Source: an uncultured Bacteroidales bacterium (GTDB taxonomy: Bacteria > Bacteroidota > Bacteroidia > Bacteroidales > UBA12077). From it: a stretch of DNA of 64,000 bases. The notes beneath the pieces are model-generated. The model had not been told where the DNA came from. It saw only the letters and a list, made by a program, of their open reading frames with translations, and did not search any database. Shown piece after piece: positions 8,296-16,648 of the stretch. Location of the stretch: the NCBI GenBank assembly GCA_964504155.1, contig CAZDCZ010000001.1, positions 28,451 through 92,450 on the forward strand, given 5' to 3'. Position numbers and translations under genes: made by a program. Numbering within the stretch: the stretch's first letter is position 1; the number at the start of each line of letters is the position of its first letter.

Positions 8296-10071
8296 TTAAC
8301 TAATTTCAATTTTACTACTCTTATCGAAATATGATGTATGAAGTAAGTGATGAGATTTCTCACTCATTGGCTCACCCAAGAATTCCTCATAAAGCTTAAT
8401 TATCTCAGTATTTTCATGAGATTTTCTAATTGGTTTATTAGCATCTTCTTCGTAAATTGCTTTTGCACGAGCTTTAAGTATGCTAGAATCGCCATGGTGC
8501 AATGGCTGTCCACCACCACCAATACAACCACCCGGACATGCCATTATTTCAATAGCATGGAATTTTGATTTTCCTCTTTGTATTTCTTCTAACAATTTAC
8601 GAGCATTTCCTAAACCATGAGCAATACCAATATTAAGAGGGAAGCCATTGAAATCTATTGTAGCTTTTCTTATACCTTCAAAACCTCTAAGCTCTTTGAA
8701 ATCTAATCGGCTTAATTTTTTACCGGTATGCAATTCGTAAGCTGTTCTTGTAGCAGCTTCAATAACACCACCTGTATTTCCGAATATTACGCCTGCTCCT
8801 GATGATTCTCCCATAACTTTATCGAAATTTTCTTCAGGAAGGTTCACAAAATCGATATTTGCTTCTTTAATTAAATGAGCTAATTCTCTGGTAGAAATAG
8901 AGTAATCGACATCAGGATTTCCATCAACTTTAAACTCATCGCGTTGAGCTTCGTATTTTTTTGCTAAACAAGGCATAATAGAAACCACTACCATATCTTT
9001 TCTTTTTACTTTAATCTTATCGGCAAAATATGTTTTAGCAATAGAACCAAACATTTGCTGAGGAGAACGTGCAGTAGAAGGGATGTCTTTCATATCGGGG
9101 AAATAATGCTCGAAGAAATTTACCCAAGCAGGACAACATGATGTTAAAATAGGTAATTTAACATTTTTATCGCCATTAAGGTGTTTTGTAAGTCTATCGA
9201 GTAATTCTGTACCTTCTTCCATAATAGTAAGGTCTGCAGCAAAATCAGTATCAAGCACATGATTAAATCCTAACTGACGAAGGGCGGCAACCATTTTACC
9301 TGTAACAAGTGTTCCGGGTTTCATGCCAAACTCTTCTCCTAATGCAGCTCTAACAGCAGGAGCTGTTTGTACAACTACAGTTTTTTCAGGATTAGAAAGA
9401 GCAGAAATGACATCTCTGGTATGATCTTTTTCTGTTAATGCACCGGTAGGACAAACTGCAACACACTGTCCACAATAAGTACAAGGAGAGTCTTCTAATT
9501 TCATTTCGAAAGCCGGGCCAACCGCTACATTAAAACCTCTATTGAAAGCATTTAAGGCTCCAACTGTTTGAAAATCGTTACATACAGTCTCGCATTTACG
9601 ACACATAATACATTTATCTAAATCGCGAATTATCGATGGAGACATATCTTCTTTATATGTCGACATTTCGGCATATTCTTGACCCGGAATTTCTCTGATT
9701 CCTAATTTTATTGCCATATCCTGCAAATCGCAATTACCCGATTTTGCACATGATAAGCAATCTTTAGGATGATCGGAAAGAATAAATTCCATTACTGTTC
9801 TTCGAGCATTAATAACTCTCATGGTATGAGTTCGAATAACCATACCTTCTGCAACATCAGTAGAACACGAAGGGGCTAGATTTTTCCTTCCTTCTACCTC
9901 TACTACACAAATTCTACATCCACCCGGTTTATTTTCTATTCCAAGATCTTCTAGATTCATGTAACAAAGAATAGGAATATCTATCCCTAGTTGCTTTGCT
10001 GCTTTATATATTGTAGTACCCTTAGGAACTTCAATTTCCTTATTATCAATTGTTATTTTTACATTTTCCAT
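8296..10071 (-). CDS. hydA: [FeFe]-hydrogenase catalytic subunit, canonical (HydA paralog 2)
   Basis: All three canonical H-cluster motifs are present: TSCCPAW, MPCLAKKYE and EIMACPGGCIGGGGQP. It also has the N-terminal 2Fe-2S motif, the His-ligated 4Fe-4S motif and 2x[4Fe-4S] accessory motifs. Confidence 0.95.
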   Translation of the reverse strand: MENVKITIDNKEIEVPKGTTIYKAAKQLGIDIPILCYMNLEDLGIENKPGGCRICVVEVEGRKNLAPSCSTDVAEGMVIRTHTMRVINARRTVMEFILSDHPKDCLSCAKSGNCDLQDMAIKLGIREIPGQEYAEMSTYKEDMSPSIIRDLDKCIMCRKCETVCNDFQTVGALNAFNRGFNVAVGPAFEMKLEDSPCTYCGQCVAVCPTGALTEKDHTRDVISALSNPEKTVVVQTAPAVRAALGEEFGMKPGTLVTGKMVAALRQLGFNHVLDTDFAADLTIMEEGTELLDRLTKHLNGDKNVKLPILTSCCPAWVNFFEHYFPDMKDIPSTARSPQQMFGSIAKTYFADKIKVKRKDMVVVSIMPCLAKKYEAQRDEFKVDGNPDVDYSISTRELAHLIKEANIDFVNLPEENFDKVMGESSGAGVIFGNTGGVIEAATRTAYELHTGKKLSRLDFKELRGFEGIRKATIDFNGFPLNIGIAHGLGNARKLLEEIQRGKSKFHAIEIMACPGGCIGGGGQPLHHGDSSILKARAKAIYEEDANKPIRKSHENTEIIKLYEEFLGEPMSEKSHHLLHTSYFDKSSKIEIS

Positions 10072-10083
10072 TTTCCAACAATT

Positions 10084-11877
10084 TTATTTTATGATAATTG
10101 CATCAAATTTACATTTCTCTATACAAGCTCCACATTTAATACAAGTATTTACATCGATAAAATGAGGTTCTTTTCTTTCTCCACTAATTGCACCAACCGG
10201 ACAAACACGAGCACAAGCAGTACAACCAACGCAATTCTCTGTAATAATCTCATATCTCATTAAATCTTTACAAACTCCGGCAGGACATTTTTTATCTACA
10301 ATATGAGCAACATACTCATCGTAGAAATTATCTAATGTCGATAAAATTGGGTTTGGAGATGTTTGACCTAAACCACAAAGAGAAGTCTCTTTAATAACAT
10401 TACACATATTCTTCAATCTATCAAGGTCTTCCATCACAGCTTTTCCTTGAGTAATTCTTTCAAGAAGTTCGTATAATCTCTTATTACCAATACGGCAAGG
10501 AGAACATTTTCCGCATGATTCTTCAACAGTAAATTCCAGATAGAATTTAGCTACAGAAACCATACAATCGTCTTCGTCCATAACAATCATTCCTCCGGAA
10601 CCCATCATAGAACCTACAGAAATAAGATTATCAAAATCGATAGGAGTATCGAGATGTTTTTCTGTTAAGCATCCGCCCGATGGTCCACCTGTTTGCACAG
10701 CTTTAAATTTCTTTCCATCTTTAATACCTCCGCCAATTTCGAAAATCACTTCACGAAGAGTGGTACCCATAGGCACTTCTATCAGTCCAACATTATTAAT
10801 CTTGCCGGCAAGAGCAAAAACTTTTGTTCCTTTAGATTTCTCTGTACCAATTTTATTAAACCAATTAGCTCCTTTATTAAGAATTACAGGGATATTAGCA
10901 AATGTTTCTACATTATTTACGTTAGTAGGTTTTCCTAAATAGCCAGATTCTGCCGGATATGGAGGTTTAATAGTAGGTTCTCCTCTTTCACCTTCCATTG
11001 AATGAATAAGAGCCGTTTCTTCACCACATACAAATGCACCGGCACCATATCTCATTTCTATATCGAAATTAAAATCAGTACCAAATATTTTTTCTCCTAA
11101 CATTCCATATTCTCTGGCTTGCTCAAGAGCTATTTTAAGTCGTTTAATAGCAAGCGGATATTCAGCTCTGATATATATAAGTCCTTTGTCGGCACCCATA
11201 GAATAACCACAGATTGCCATTGCTTCTAATACAGCGTGTGGATCACCTTCTAGAATAGATCTGTCCATAAATGCACCAGGATCACCTTCATCGGCATTAC
11301 ACACAACATATTTTTGGTCGGCTTCGTTTTTCGATGCAAATTCCCATTTTAATCCTGTAGGAAATCCCCCTCCTCCACGACCACGAAGACCAGATAATTT
11401 TATTTCGTTTATTACATCCATTGGAGTCATCTCAGCTAATGCATTACCAAGAGCTAAATAACCCTCACGAGCAATATATTCTTCAATATTTTCCGGGTCG
11501 ATAAAACCACAGTTACGCAAAGCAATTCTAATTTGCTTTTTGTAAAAACCCATTTCTTTTGAGTTTTCAACATGCTTTTTAGTATTTGTATCGACATAAA
11601 GCAAACGTTCTACTTTTCTACCTTTAATAATATGTTCTTCGATAATTTCTTTTGCATCTTCGGGTTTAACTTCAGTATAAAAAGTATTATCGGGCATTAC
11701 CTTTACAATTGGTCCTTTTTCGCAAAATCCAAAGCAACCTGTTACAACAACCTGCACTTCGTCTTGAAGTCCTTTTGTTTCAAGTTCTTTATTAAGATTT
11801 TCAACAATCAAATCGCTTGAAGAAGCTTTACATCCTGTTCCTCCACATACAAGCAAATGCATTTTATATTTTGCCAT
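10084..11877 (-). CDS. hydB: NuoF-like flavoprotein subunit, full-length bifurcating type (HydB paralog 2)
   Basis: N-terminal Trx-like 2Fe-2S motif (CGGTGC..CFGFC). GRGGGGFPTGLKW, CNADEGDPGAF and SCGKCSPCR..CGLG are present. The C-terminus carries CVGCTACARVCP and CIKCGACIEKC. Confidence 0.93.
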   Translation of the reverse strand: MAKYKMHLLVCGGTGCKASSSDLIVENLNKELETKGLQDEVQVVVTGCFGFCEKGPIVKVMPDNTFYTEVKPEDAKEIIEEHIIKGRKVERLLYVDTNTKKHVENSKEMGFYKKQIRIALRNCGFIDPENIEEYIAREGYLALGNALAEMTPMDVINEIKLSGLRGRGGGGFPTGLKWEFASKNEADQKYVVCNADEGDPGAFMDRSILEGDPHAVLEAMAICGYSMGADKGLIYIRAEYPLAIKRLKIALEQAREYGMLGEKIFGTDFNFDIEMRYGAGAFVCGEETALIHSMEGERGEPTIKPPYPAESGYLGKPTNVNNVETFANIPVILNKGANWFNKIGTEKSKGTKVFALAGKINNVGLIEVPMGTTLREVIFEIGGGIKDGKKFKAVQTGGPSGGCLTEKHLDTPIDFDNLISVGSMMGSGGMIVMDEDDCMVSVAKFYLEFTVEESCGKCSPCRIGNKRLYELLERITQGKAVMEDLDRLKNMCNVIKETSLCGLGQTSPNPILSTLDNFYDEYVAHIVDKKCPAGVCKDLMRYEIITENCVGCTACARVCPVGAISGERKEPHFIDVNTCIKCGACIEKCKFDAIIIK

Positions 11878-11897
11878 ATTCTTATTTGTTTTATAAT

Positions 11898-12293
11898 TTA
11901 CTTATCGATATTTTGATAATTCTCCGGAATAATTCCTTCAACAAGTTCTCCGTTTTTAATATATTTTTCGATTATCTCATCTGCTTTTTTCACATCAACA
12001 TAACCAAAAACTATTGGGTTTTCGCCGGGTTTATGTACTTCTATAGTTGGTTCTGCAAAACAATACCCCATATCTCCAACTTGAGTAACAACAGCGTCGA
12101 TATTTCTTTTTTCGAGAGCTTCTATTAAGAAATCCATTACTTCTTTTGCTCCTGAAGCAATACCACTTGTAGCCATACCAACCTTAATTTGCACATATGA
12201 ATCAGGATGATCGGCTCTTTCTCTGATATTAACTTTCGATTGCAAATCTTCTTTCATTTTTTTTAGATCTGCTAAAGTTTTAATTTTTGCCAT
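11898..12293 (-). CDS. Small Cys-poor thioredoxin-like protein (HydD-like accessory subunit)
   Basis: 131 aa. It resembles the Trx-like ferredoxin domain, but the cluster ligands are replaced (GMATSGIASG, GDMGYCFAEP). It sits directly upstream of hydB. Confidence 0.6.
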   Translation of the reverse strand: MAKIKTLADLKKMKEDLQSKVNIRERADHPDSYVQIKVGMATSGIASGAKEVMDFLIEALEKRNIDAVVTQVGDMGYCFAEPTIEVHKPGENPIVFGYVDVKKADEIIEKYIKNGELVEGIIPENYQNIDK

Positions 12294-12330
12294 ACCTATT
12301 TTTTTATTTAAAATTACTTTGTTTTTTATT

Positions 12331-12350
12331 AAATGTAAAGTCTTACATTT
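12331..12350 (-). promoter_or_regulatory. Perfect 8-bp inverted repeat AAATGTAA-N4-TTACATTT, between the regulatory and structural halves of the operon
   Basis: Read directly from the sequence. It lies in the only sizeable gap (70 nt) of the 10-gene minus-strand operon. Confidence 0.4.
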
Positions 12351-12363
12351 TAGTCTATTATCT

Positions 12364-12906
12364 TTATTTTTCTATTTCGCTAATATTTTCATTAATCATC
12401 TCTTTAAGATACTTTCTAATTGCGGGATTGCTAATTTCCATATCTCCAAGAACAGATTTTATTTCTTTTGTATTAAATGAATATTTAGATTCATTATAAA
12501 TATGATTATAAGTAAATTCAATTTCCGGATTTGCTGCCGACAATAAAACTATTGTTCCGGCAATATCTCCAATTGGCTGTCTATCGATATTATTAAGTTC
12601 AAATTCTGCTTTTACTTCTGTTCCAAAATTTATCTCCGATTCGATTTTCAAATATCCTTTTGTTCTTTCGGCATGTTGCTTTAATAGCGCTAATCCCATT
12701 CCCACTTTCCTAGTTGTTCTTGTTGTTGAATACGGATCGGAAACTTTTTCAAGAAACTCTTTATCCATACCCTTACCATTATCAATTATTAATAGTTTTA
12801 AGATATTTTTTTCGATATTTTTTTCAACACTAATTTGAATACTATCGGCATCGGCACTGATAGAATTTTGAACAATATCTAATATATGTGATGATATATC
12901 TTTCAT
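12364..12906 (-). CDS. GHKL-type ATPase domain protein (histidine-kinase-like ATPase with no HisKA domain)
   Basis: HILDIVQNS..IIDNGKGM..GMGLALLK resemble the N, G1 and G2 boxes. An ATGA overlap with the upstream PHP gene (12903-12906) suggests translational coupling. Confidence 0.65.
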   Translation of the reverse strand: MKDISSHILDIVQNSISADADSIQISVEKNIEKNILKLLIIDNGKGMDKEFLEKVSDPYSTTRTTRKVGMGLALLKQHAERTKGYLKIESEINFGTEVKAEFELNNIDRQPIGDIAGTIVLLSAANPEIEFTYNHIYNESKYSFNTKEIKSVLGDMEISNPAIRKYLKEMINENISEIEK

Positions 12907-13646
12907 TTATTTAAAATTACTTTTCTGTTGTTTTCGCATTTTAATGCCATTCTTATTTCTTGAAAAGATATTTCTTCTATCTCGAAAAGAGAATATACCT
13001 TAGCTATATCGTCGATATAATGGGCATCCGAGCTTTGAATAAATGTTTTTCCTTTTAAGTACATATTTCTCTCGATAAAATCGGAATATTTTACATTCTT
13101 CGAAATTTCAAGAGCATCAACTTCTAAATCGGGCGGTAAAAAGCCTAAGTTTGCCAATATAGAATTGTTTACTCTATCGATATGTGCCGGAATAAATAAT
13201 CCTTGAAGTTGATGAACTTTTTTCTCTACTTCGGAAATACCAACATCCAATGCCGATATTAAAAGGTTTTCTTCTTGCTCAAGAATATTATCATATTTAT
13301 CGACAAGGCACTGATACCCAAATCTATTTACATCATTTTTTATATCTGTTATATGAGCATCGATAAATTTTTGAAACTCAAATAACTGATTATCATTTTC
13401 AAAGAACGTTAAGCAATGGACTTCTTCTTTAGTTGTAATTTCGGCACCTTTAATAACAAACACACCAAATTCGTCTCCAACTTCTTTCAATACTGCACAT
13501 TGCTTTGTGCTATTATGATCGGTAATTCCGATTATGTCAATTTTTTTTTCTTTAGCCCTTTTAATAATATTAACAGGGCTCATTTCTAAATCGCCGCAAG
13601 GCGAAAGAACAGTATGCGTATGTAAATCTGCTCTAAATAATTTCAT
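12903..13646 (-). CDS. PHP-domain metal-dependent phosphoesterase
   Basis: ADLHTHTVLSPCGD..ITDHN..PAHIDR..SDAH are PHP-family His/Asp motifs. The track start is 13676; the internal Met at 13646 (MKLFRADLHTHT) fits the family's N-terminus better. Confidence 0.75.
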   Translation of the reverse strand: MKLFRADLHTHTVLSPCGDLEMSPVNIIKRAKEKKIDIIGITDHNSTKQCAVLKEVGDEFGVFVIKGAEITTKEEVHCLTFFENDNQLFEFQKFIDAHITDIKNDVNRFGYQCLVDKYDNILEQEENLLISALDVGISEVEKKVHQLQGLFIPAHIDRVNNSILANLGFLPPDLEVDALEISKNVKYSDFIERNMYLKGKTFIQSSDAHYIDDIAKVYSLFEIEEISFQEIRMALKCENNRKVILNK

Positions 13647-13980
13647 TTTCTTTGAACAACTTATATAATTTGCCACTTATGTTAAAAGCTGTATCGTTTG
13701 AGCCTAACAATGGCAATCCTTCCATATTGCTTTGTTTAATTGTGTCGTCATCGGGTTTTACTCCATTAATAAGTATTACAGCGGCAAGATCTTTAAGCGA
13801 TGCTATTGCCATTACGTTTTTATGCGTTTGCAATGTTATCCATACTTGCTTTTCTTTTGCTCTTCCCATTACATCGCTTAAAAGATCGGAAACATAACCC
13901 CCATGAATTTCATTATCTAATCCTTCTTGTCCGCTGTAAACACTTAACCCTAACCTATTTATTATATCTAACACTTTCAT
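13633..13980 (-). CDS. DRTGG-domain protein (paralog 2)
   Basis: 115 aa and paralogous to 15776-16120 (GGYVSDLLSDVM vs NGFASDLMSDVL). I assign the DRTGG family from memory of this small-protein family. Confidence 0.55.
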   Translation of the reverse strand: MKVLDIINRLGLSVYSGQEGLDNEIHGGYVSDLLSDVMGRAKEKQVWITLQTHKNVMAIASLKDLAAVILINGVKPDDDTIKQSNMEGLPLLGSNDTAFNISGKLYKLFKENEII

Positions 13981-13995
13981 TTTCTTTGCTTTTAA

Positions 13996-15351
13996 TTAAC
14001 ATTTATGGTTTAAATTATTTTCACCCCAAATATTTTTTAAAATATCGTATGATTTCTCGTTATCGATAATTCCATTTTTCTCAAAATTCTTTTGAATAAA
14101 AATACATTGATCGATAACAGCTCTATTTTGAACTATATCTTCGGCCAAAGCACGGCAATTTGGAGCACCACAAACACCACAATCAATATTTGGCAAGCAC
14201 GACATAATCTCGCGTACACGTTTCATTTTATTTATAGCCACATCCATGTTTTCATCTAACTTCATCATCGATCGTGGTTTAATTTCTAATATCTTACTAT
14301 TGTCGATTAAATATTTACTATTTTTAAATAAGCTTTCATTATCGGAATTATCGGTTAATTTTTCGGCTCTTCTTTTCAGTCTGTCAACAGTTAAAAATCT
14401 GTTTGCTGTAGATAATACTCCACCGGCACAACTTTCATCACACGAACGAAGTTCAATAAAATCGACATCTTTAATCTCGTTATCTTCTACTTTTTCGAGA
14501 AACTCAATAACATTATGAATACCATCAATAGCAAAACTTCTTCCTTTAATATTAGATGCCTCACCATTTGTTAAACTCCACATTATACCTTTGGAAGAAA
14601 GGTTTTTCGATACTAAATTCTCTTCTGCAAATACTTTTTCACTAGTCTTATTATTAGTTATACTACTAAGAACCTTATTATAAACGAAATCCATATTAAT
14701 AACACCATTAATAACTGATATATCGTCTCCTACAGGACTTTTTATTGCTGCAATTTTTGCGGCGCAAGGAGTAACATAAAATATTCCTATTGCATCTTTA
14801 TCTACACCTTCTTTTATTAACTTATCTTTATAGTAAAGAGCTGCCATATCTAAAGGAGAGCGTAAGTGAACAATATTATTTACTAATGATGGAAACTTAA
14901 CTTGAATTAATCGAATAATTGCAGGACAAAAAGACGATAATAATGGTTTTTCGATATTTTTATCGTCTATTAAGTTATTAATTTCAGTATTTATTAAGTC
15001 GGCACAATGCTCAACTTCAAAGACATCGGTAAATCCTAATTCGAAAAGAGCTTTATATACATCATTAGATTTTGTTTCGTCGGGAAATTGTCCAAACAAT
15101 ACAGATGGCAATAGAGCTACTCTATTTTTATATTCGAATATTTTCTTAAAATCGTCTTGCTCAATAATTATTGCATTTACAGGACAAGCTTTAAAGCATT
15201 CGCCACAATCGACACATTTATGCTCAAACAATTCGGCTTTCCCATTACGAATACGTATTGCTTCTGTTGGACACACATTCATACACCGAGAACATCCAAC
15301 ACAAACATCTTTTTGTATCTTTAAAGCATGATGAAAGCTATTTTCCTGCAT
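13996..15351 (-). CDS. [FeFe]-hydrogenase-like sensory protein without a PAS domain (HydS-like 2)
   Basis: Two ferredoxin motifs (CVGCSRCMNVCP, CVDCGECFKACP). H-domain with SSFCPAII (14923-14937), TPCAAK and RSCDESCAGG. C-terminal 4-Cys segment CGVCGAPNCRAL..C. Confidence 0.75.
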   Translation of the reverse strand: MQENSFHHALKIQKDVCVGCSRCMNVCPTEAIRIRNGKAELFEHKCVDCGECFKACPVNAIIIEQDDFKKIFEYKNRVALLPSVLFGQFPDETKSNDVYKALFELGFTDVFEVEHCADLINTEINNLIDDKNIEKPLLSSFCPAIIRLIQVKFPSLVNNIVHLRSPLDMAALYYKDKLIKEGVDKDAIGIFYVTPCAAKIAAIKSPVGDDISVINGVINMDFVYNKVLSSITNNKTSEKVFAEENLVSKNLSSKGIMWSLTNGEASNIKGRSFAIDGIHNVIEFLEKVEDNEIKDVDFIELRSCDESCAGGVLSTANRFLTVDRLKRRAEKLTDNSDNESLFKNSKYLIDNSKILEIKPRSMMKLDENMDVAINKMKRVREIMSCLPNIDCGVCGAPNCRALAEDIVQNRAVIDQCIFIQKNFEKNGIIDNEKSYDILKNIWGENNLNHKC

Positions 15352-15357
15352 AAAAAA

Positions 15358-15771
15358 CTACTTTAAATTAACTATTATTAATAATTCTGTACCAACTCCA
15401 ACTTCACTTTTAATTTCGAATTTGCTTGAATTATTTTTTATATTTGCCAAACCCATTCCTGCACCAAAACCCATCTCACGTACTTCATCGCTAGCGGTAG
15501 AGTATCCATTCTCCATAGCCATTTCTATATCAGATATTCCAGGTCCTCTATCTTTTGCATTTATAATTATTTTATCAACATCAATATCGACAGAGATTTT
15601 TCCGGAAAATGCATGGGCAACAATATTTACTTCTGTTTCGTACAAAGCAACTACAACTTTTCTAATTATTTTTTGATTAGACATAAGTTGTTTAAGTACC
15701 TTTTTAATAGCACTTGATGCTGTACCTGCATTAGAAAAATCGCCACCTTGTATATTATACTCTAAGTGCAT
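15358..15771 (-). CDS. RsbW/SpoIIAB-like serine-protein kinase (anti-sigma-type GHKL ATPase)
   Basis: Small GHKL protein (EVNIVAHA..DRGPGI..GFGAGMGLANI). The track start is 15819. An internal Met at 15771 would leave a 4-nt gap after the DRTGG stop. Confidence 0.65.
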   Translation of the reverse strand: MHLEYNIQGGDFSNAGTASSAIKKVLKQLMSNQKIIRKVVVALYETEVNIVAHAFSGKISVDIDVDKIIINAKDRGPGISDIEMAMENGYSTASDEVREMGFGAGMGLANIKNNSSKFEIKSEVGVGTELLIIVNLK

Positions 15772-15775
15772 TTTA

Positions 15776-16120
15776 TTAATATATAGGTTTAATCCCGTTT
15801 TTATAAAGTTCTCCAACAACCTTAAACACTGTACAAGAAGACTTTATTATAACAATATCGCAATCATCTGCTAATTTTACCATCTGTTCTGATACATTTT
15901 TATTTCTTGCTACAATAACGCAAGCTATATCAGACATCTCGGCTGTTCGTATTACTTGCATATTTGACAATCCAGTAATAAGAATTATATCGTCAGAATC
16001 AAGAGTTAAAACATCACTCATTAAATCTGAAGCAAAACCATTTTCTATAGTTTTGTTAAGAAATGCTTTTCCAGAAATAACTTTTCCATTTATTAAATGT
16101 ACAATCTCTTCTATTCTCAT
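15776..16120 (-). CDS. DRTGG-domain protein (paralog 1); first gene of the 10-gene operon
   Basis: 114 aa, paralogous to 13633-13980. Confidence 0.55.
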   Translation of the reverse strand: MRIEEIVHLINGKVISGKAFLNKTIENGFASDLMSDVLTLDSDDIILITGLSNMQVIRTAEMSDIACVIVARNKNVSEQMVKLADDCDIVIIKSSCTVFKVVGELYKNGIKPIY

Positions 16121-16171
16121 TTCAATCTAATTGAATATATTGTTATCTAAATTCTATTTATAAATTTTCGA

Positions 16172-16225
16172 CAAAGGTAATATCTTTTTGTTATTTTTTT
16201 AACAGTGTTATTGTAGTAACACTTA
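16172..16225 (-). promoter_or_regulatory. Promoter/operator site 2: AGTGTTA-N6-TAACACT palindrome (16204-16223), AAAAATAACAAA block and -7 box TACCTTTG (16172-16179)
   Basis: Read directly from the sequence. It aligns with sites 1 and 3. Confidence 0.6.
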
Positions 16226-16648
16226 AATATAATCATTCTAAATAGGTACTTAGGACAAATTTTTAAATACATATATTTCTTGCTGATTTTCTGTTACTTA
16301 CACAGTGCCAAATTTCGGAAGGACAATATGTTTATTTATCATATATCGTATAACATATAAATCAAGTTTTAGAATCAACAAAAAAACATTTTAGTAGAAA
16401 AAAGTAAATTTTTGTTTTTTTTATTAAAAACACATACTAACAAACAATTTATATCTTTTAAAATATAAAACCACACTTAGTTTTTGTGTCATAAGCTAGC
16501 TTAAATTACTATTGACAAATACAAAAAATAATTATAAATTGTTCTATTAATAAATAAATTATTTATTTTTAATTGTTTTAGAAATTAACAAGATAAATTA
16601 TAAATCCATATCTCTACTTATTCTCTATCTAACTCATTACAGTAATTT

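Noticed and set aside
13633-15819. Both DRTGG genes overlap the next track ORF by exactly 44 nt (13633-13676 and 15776-15819), which could hint at programmed overlap or recoding.
   Set aside because: In both cases an internal Met gives a more family-typical N-terminus (MKLFRADLHTHT at 13646, MHLEYNIQGG at 15771). The equal 44-nt overlaps are most simply a longest-ORF artefact.
16226-16648. A ~420-bp non-coding stretch upstream of the hybrid kinase, inspected for a small ORF, riboswitch or sRNA. It contains a half-similar CTGTTACTTACACAG and the palindrome AAGCTAGCTT.
   Set aside because: It has no ORF longer than about 10 codons, no GC-rich conserved-looking helices, and the TGTTA-like segment lacks the TAACA partner at the N6 spacing. 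Nothing here can be supported from the sequence alone.
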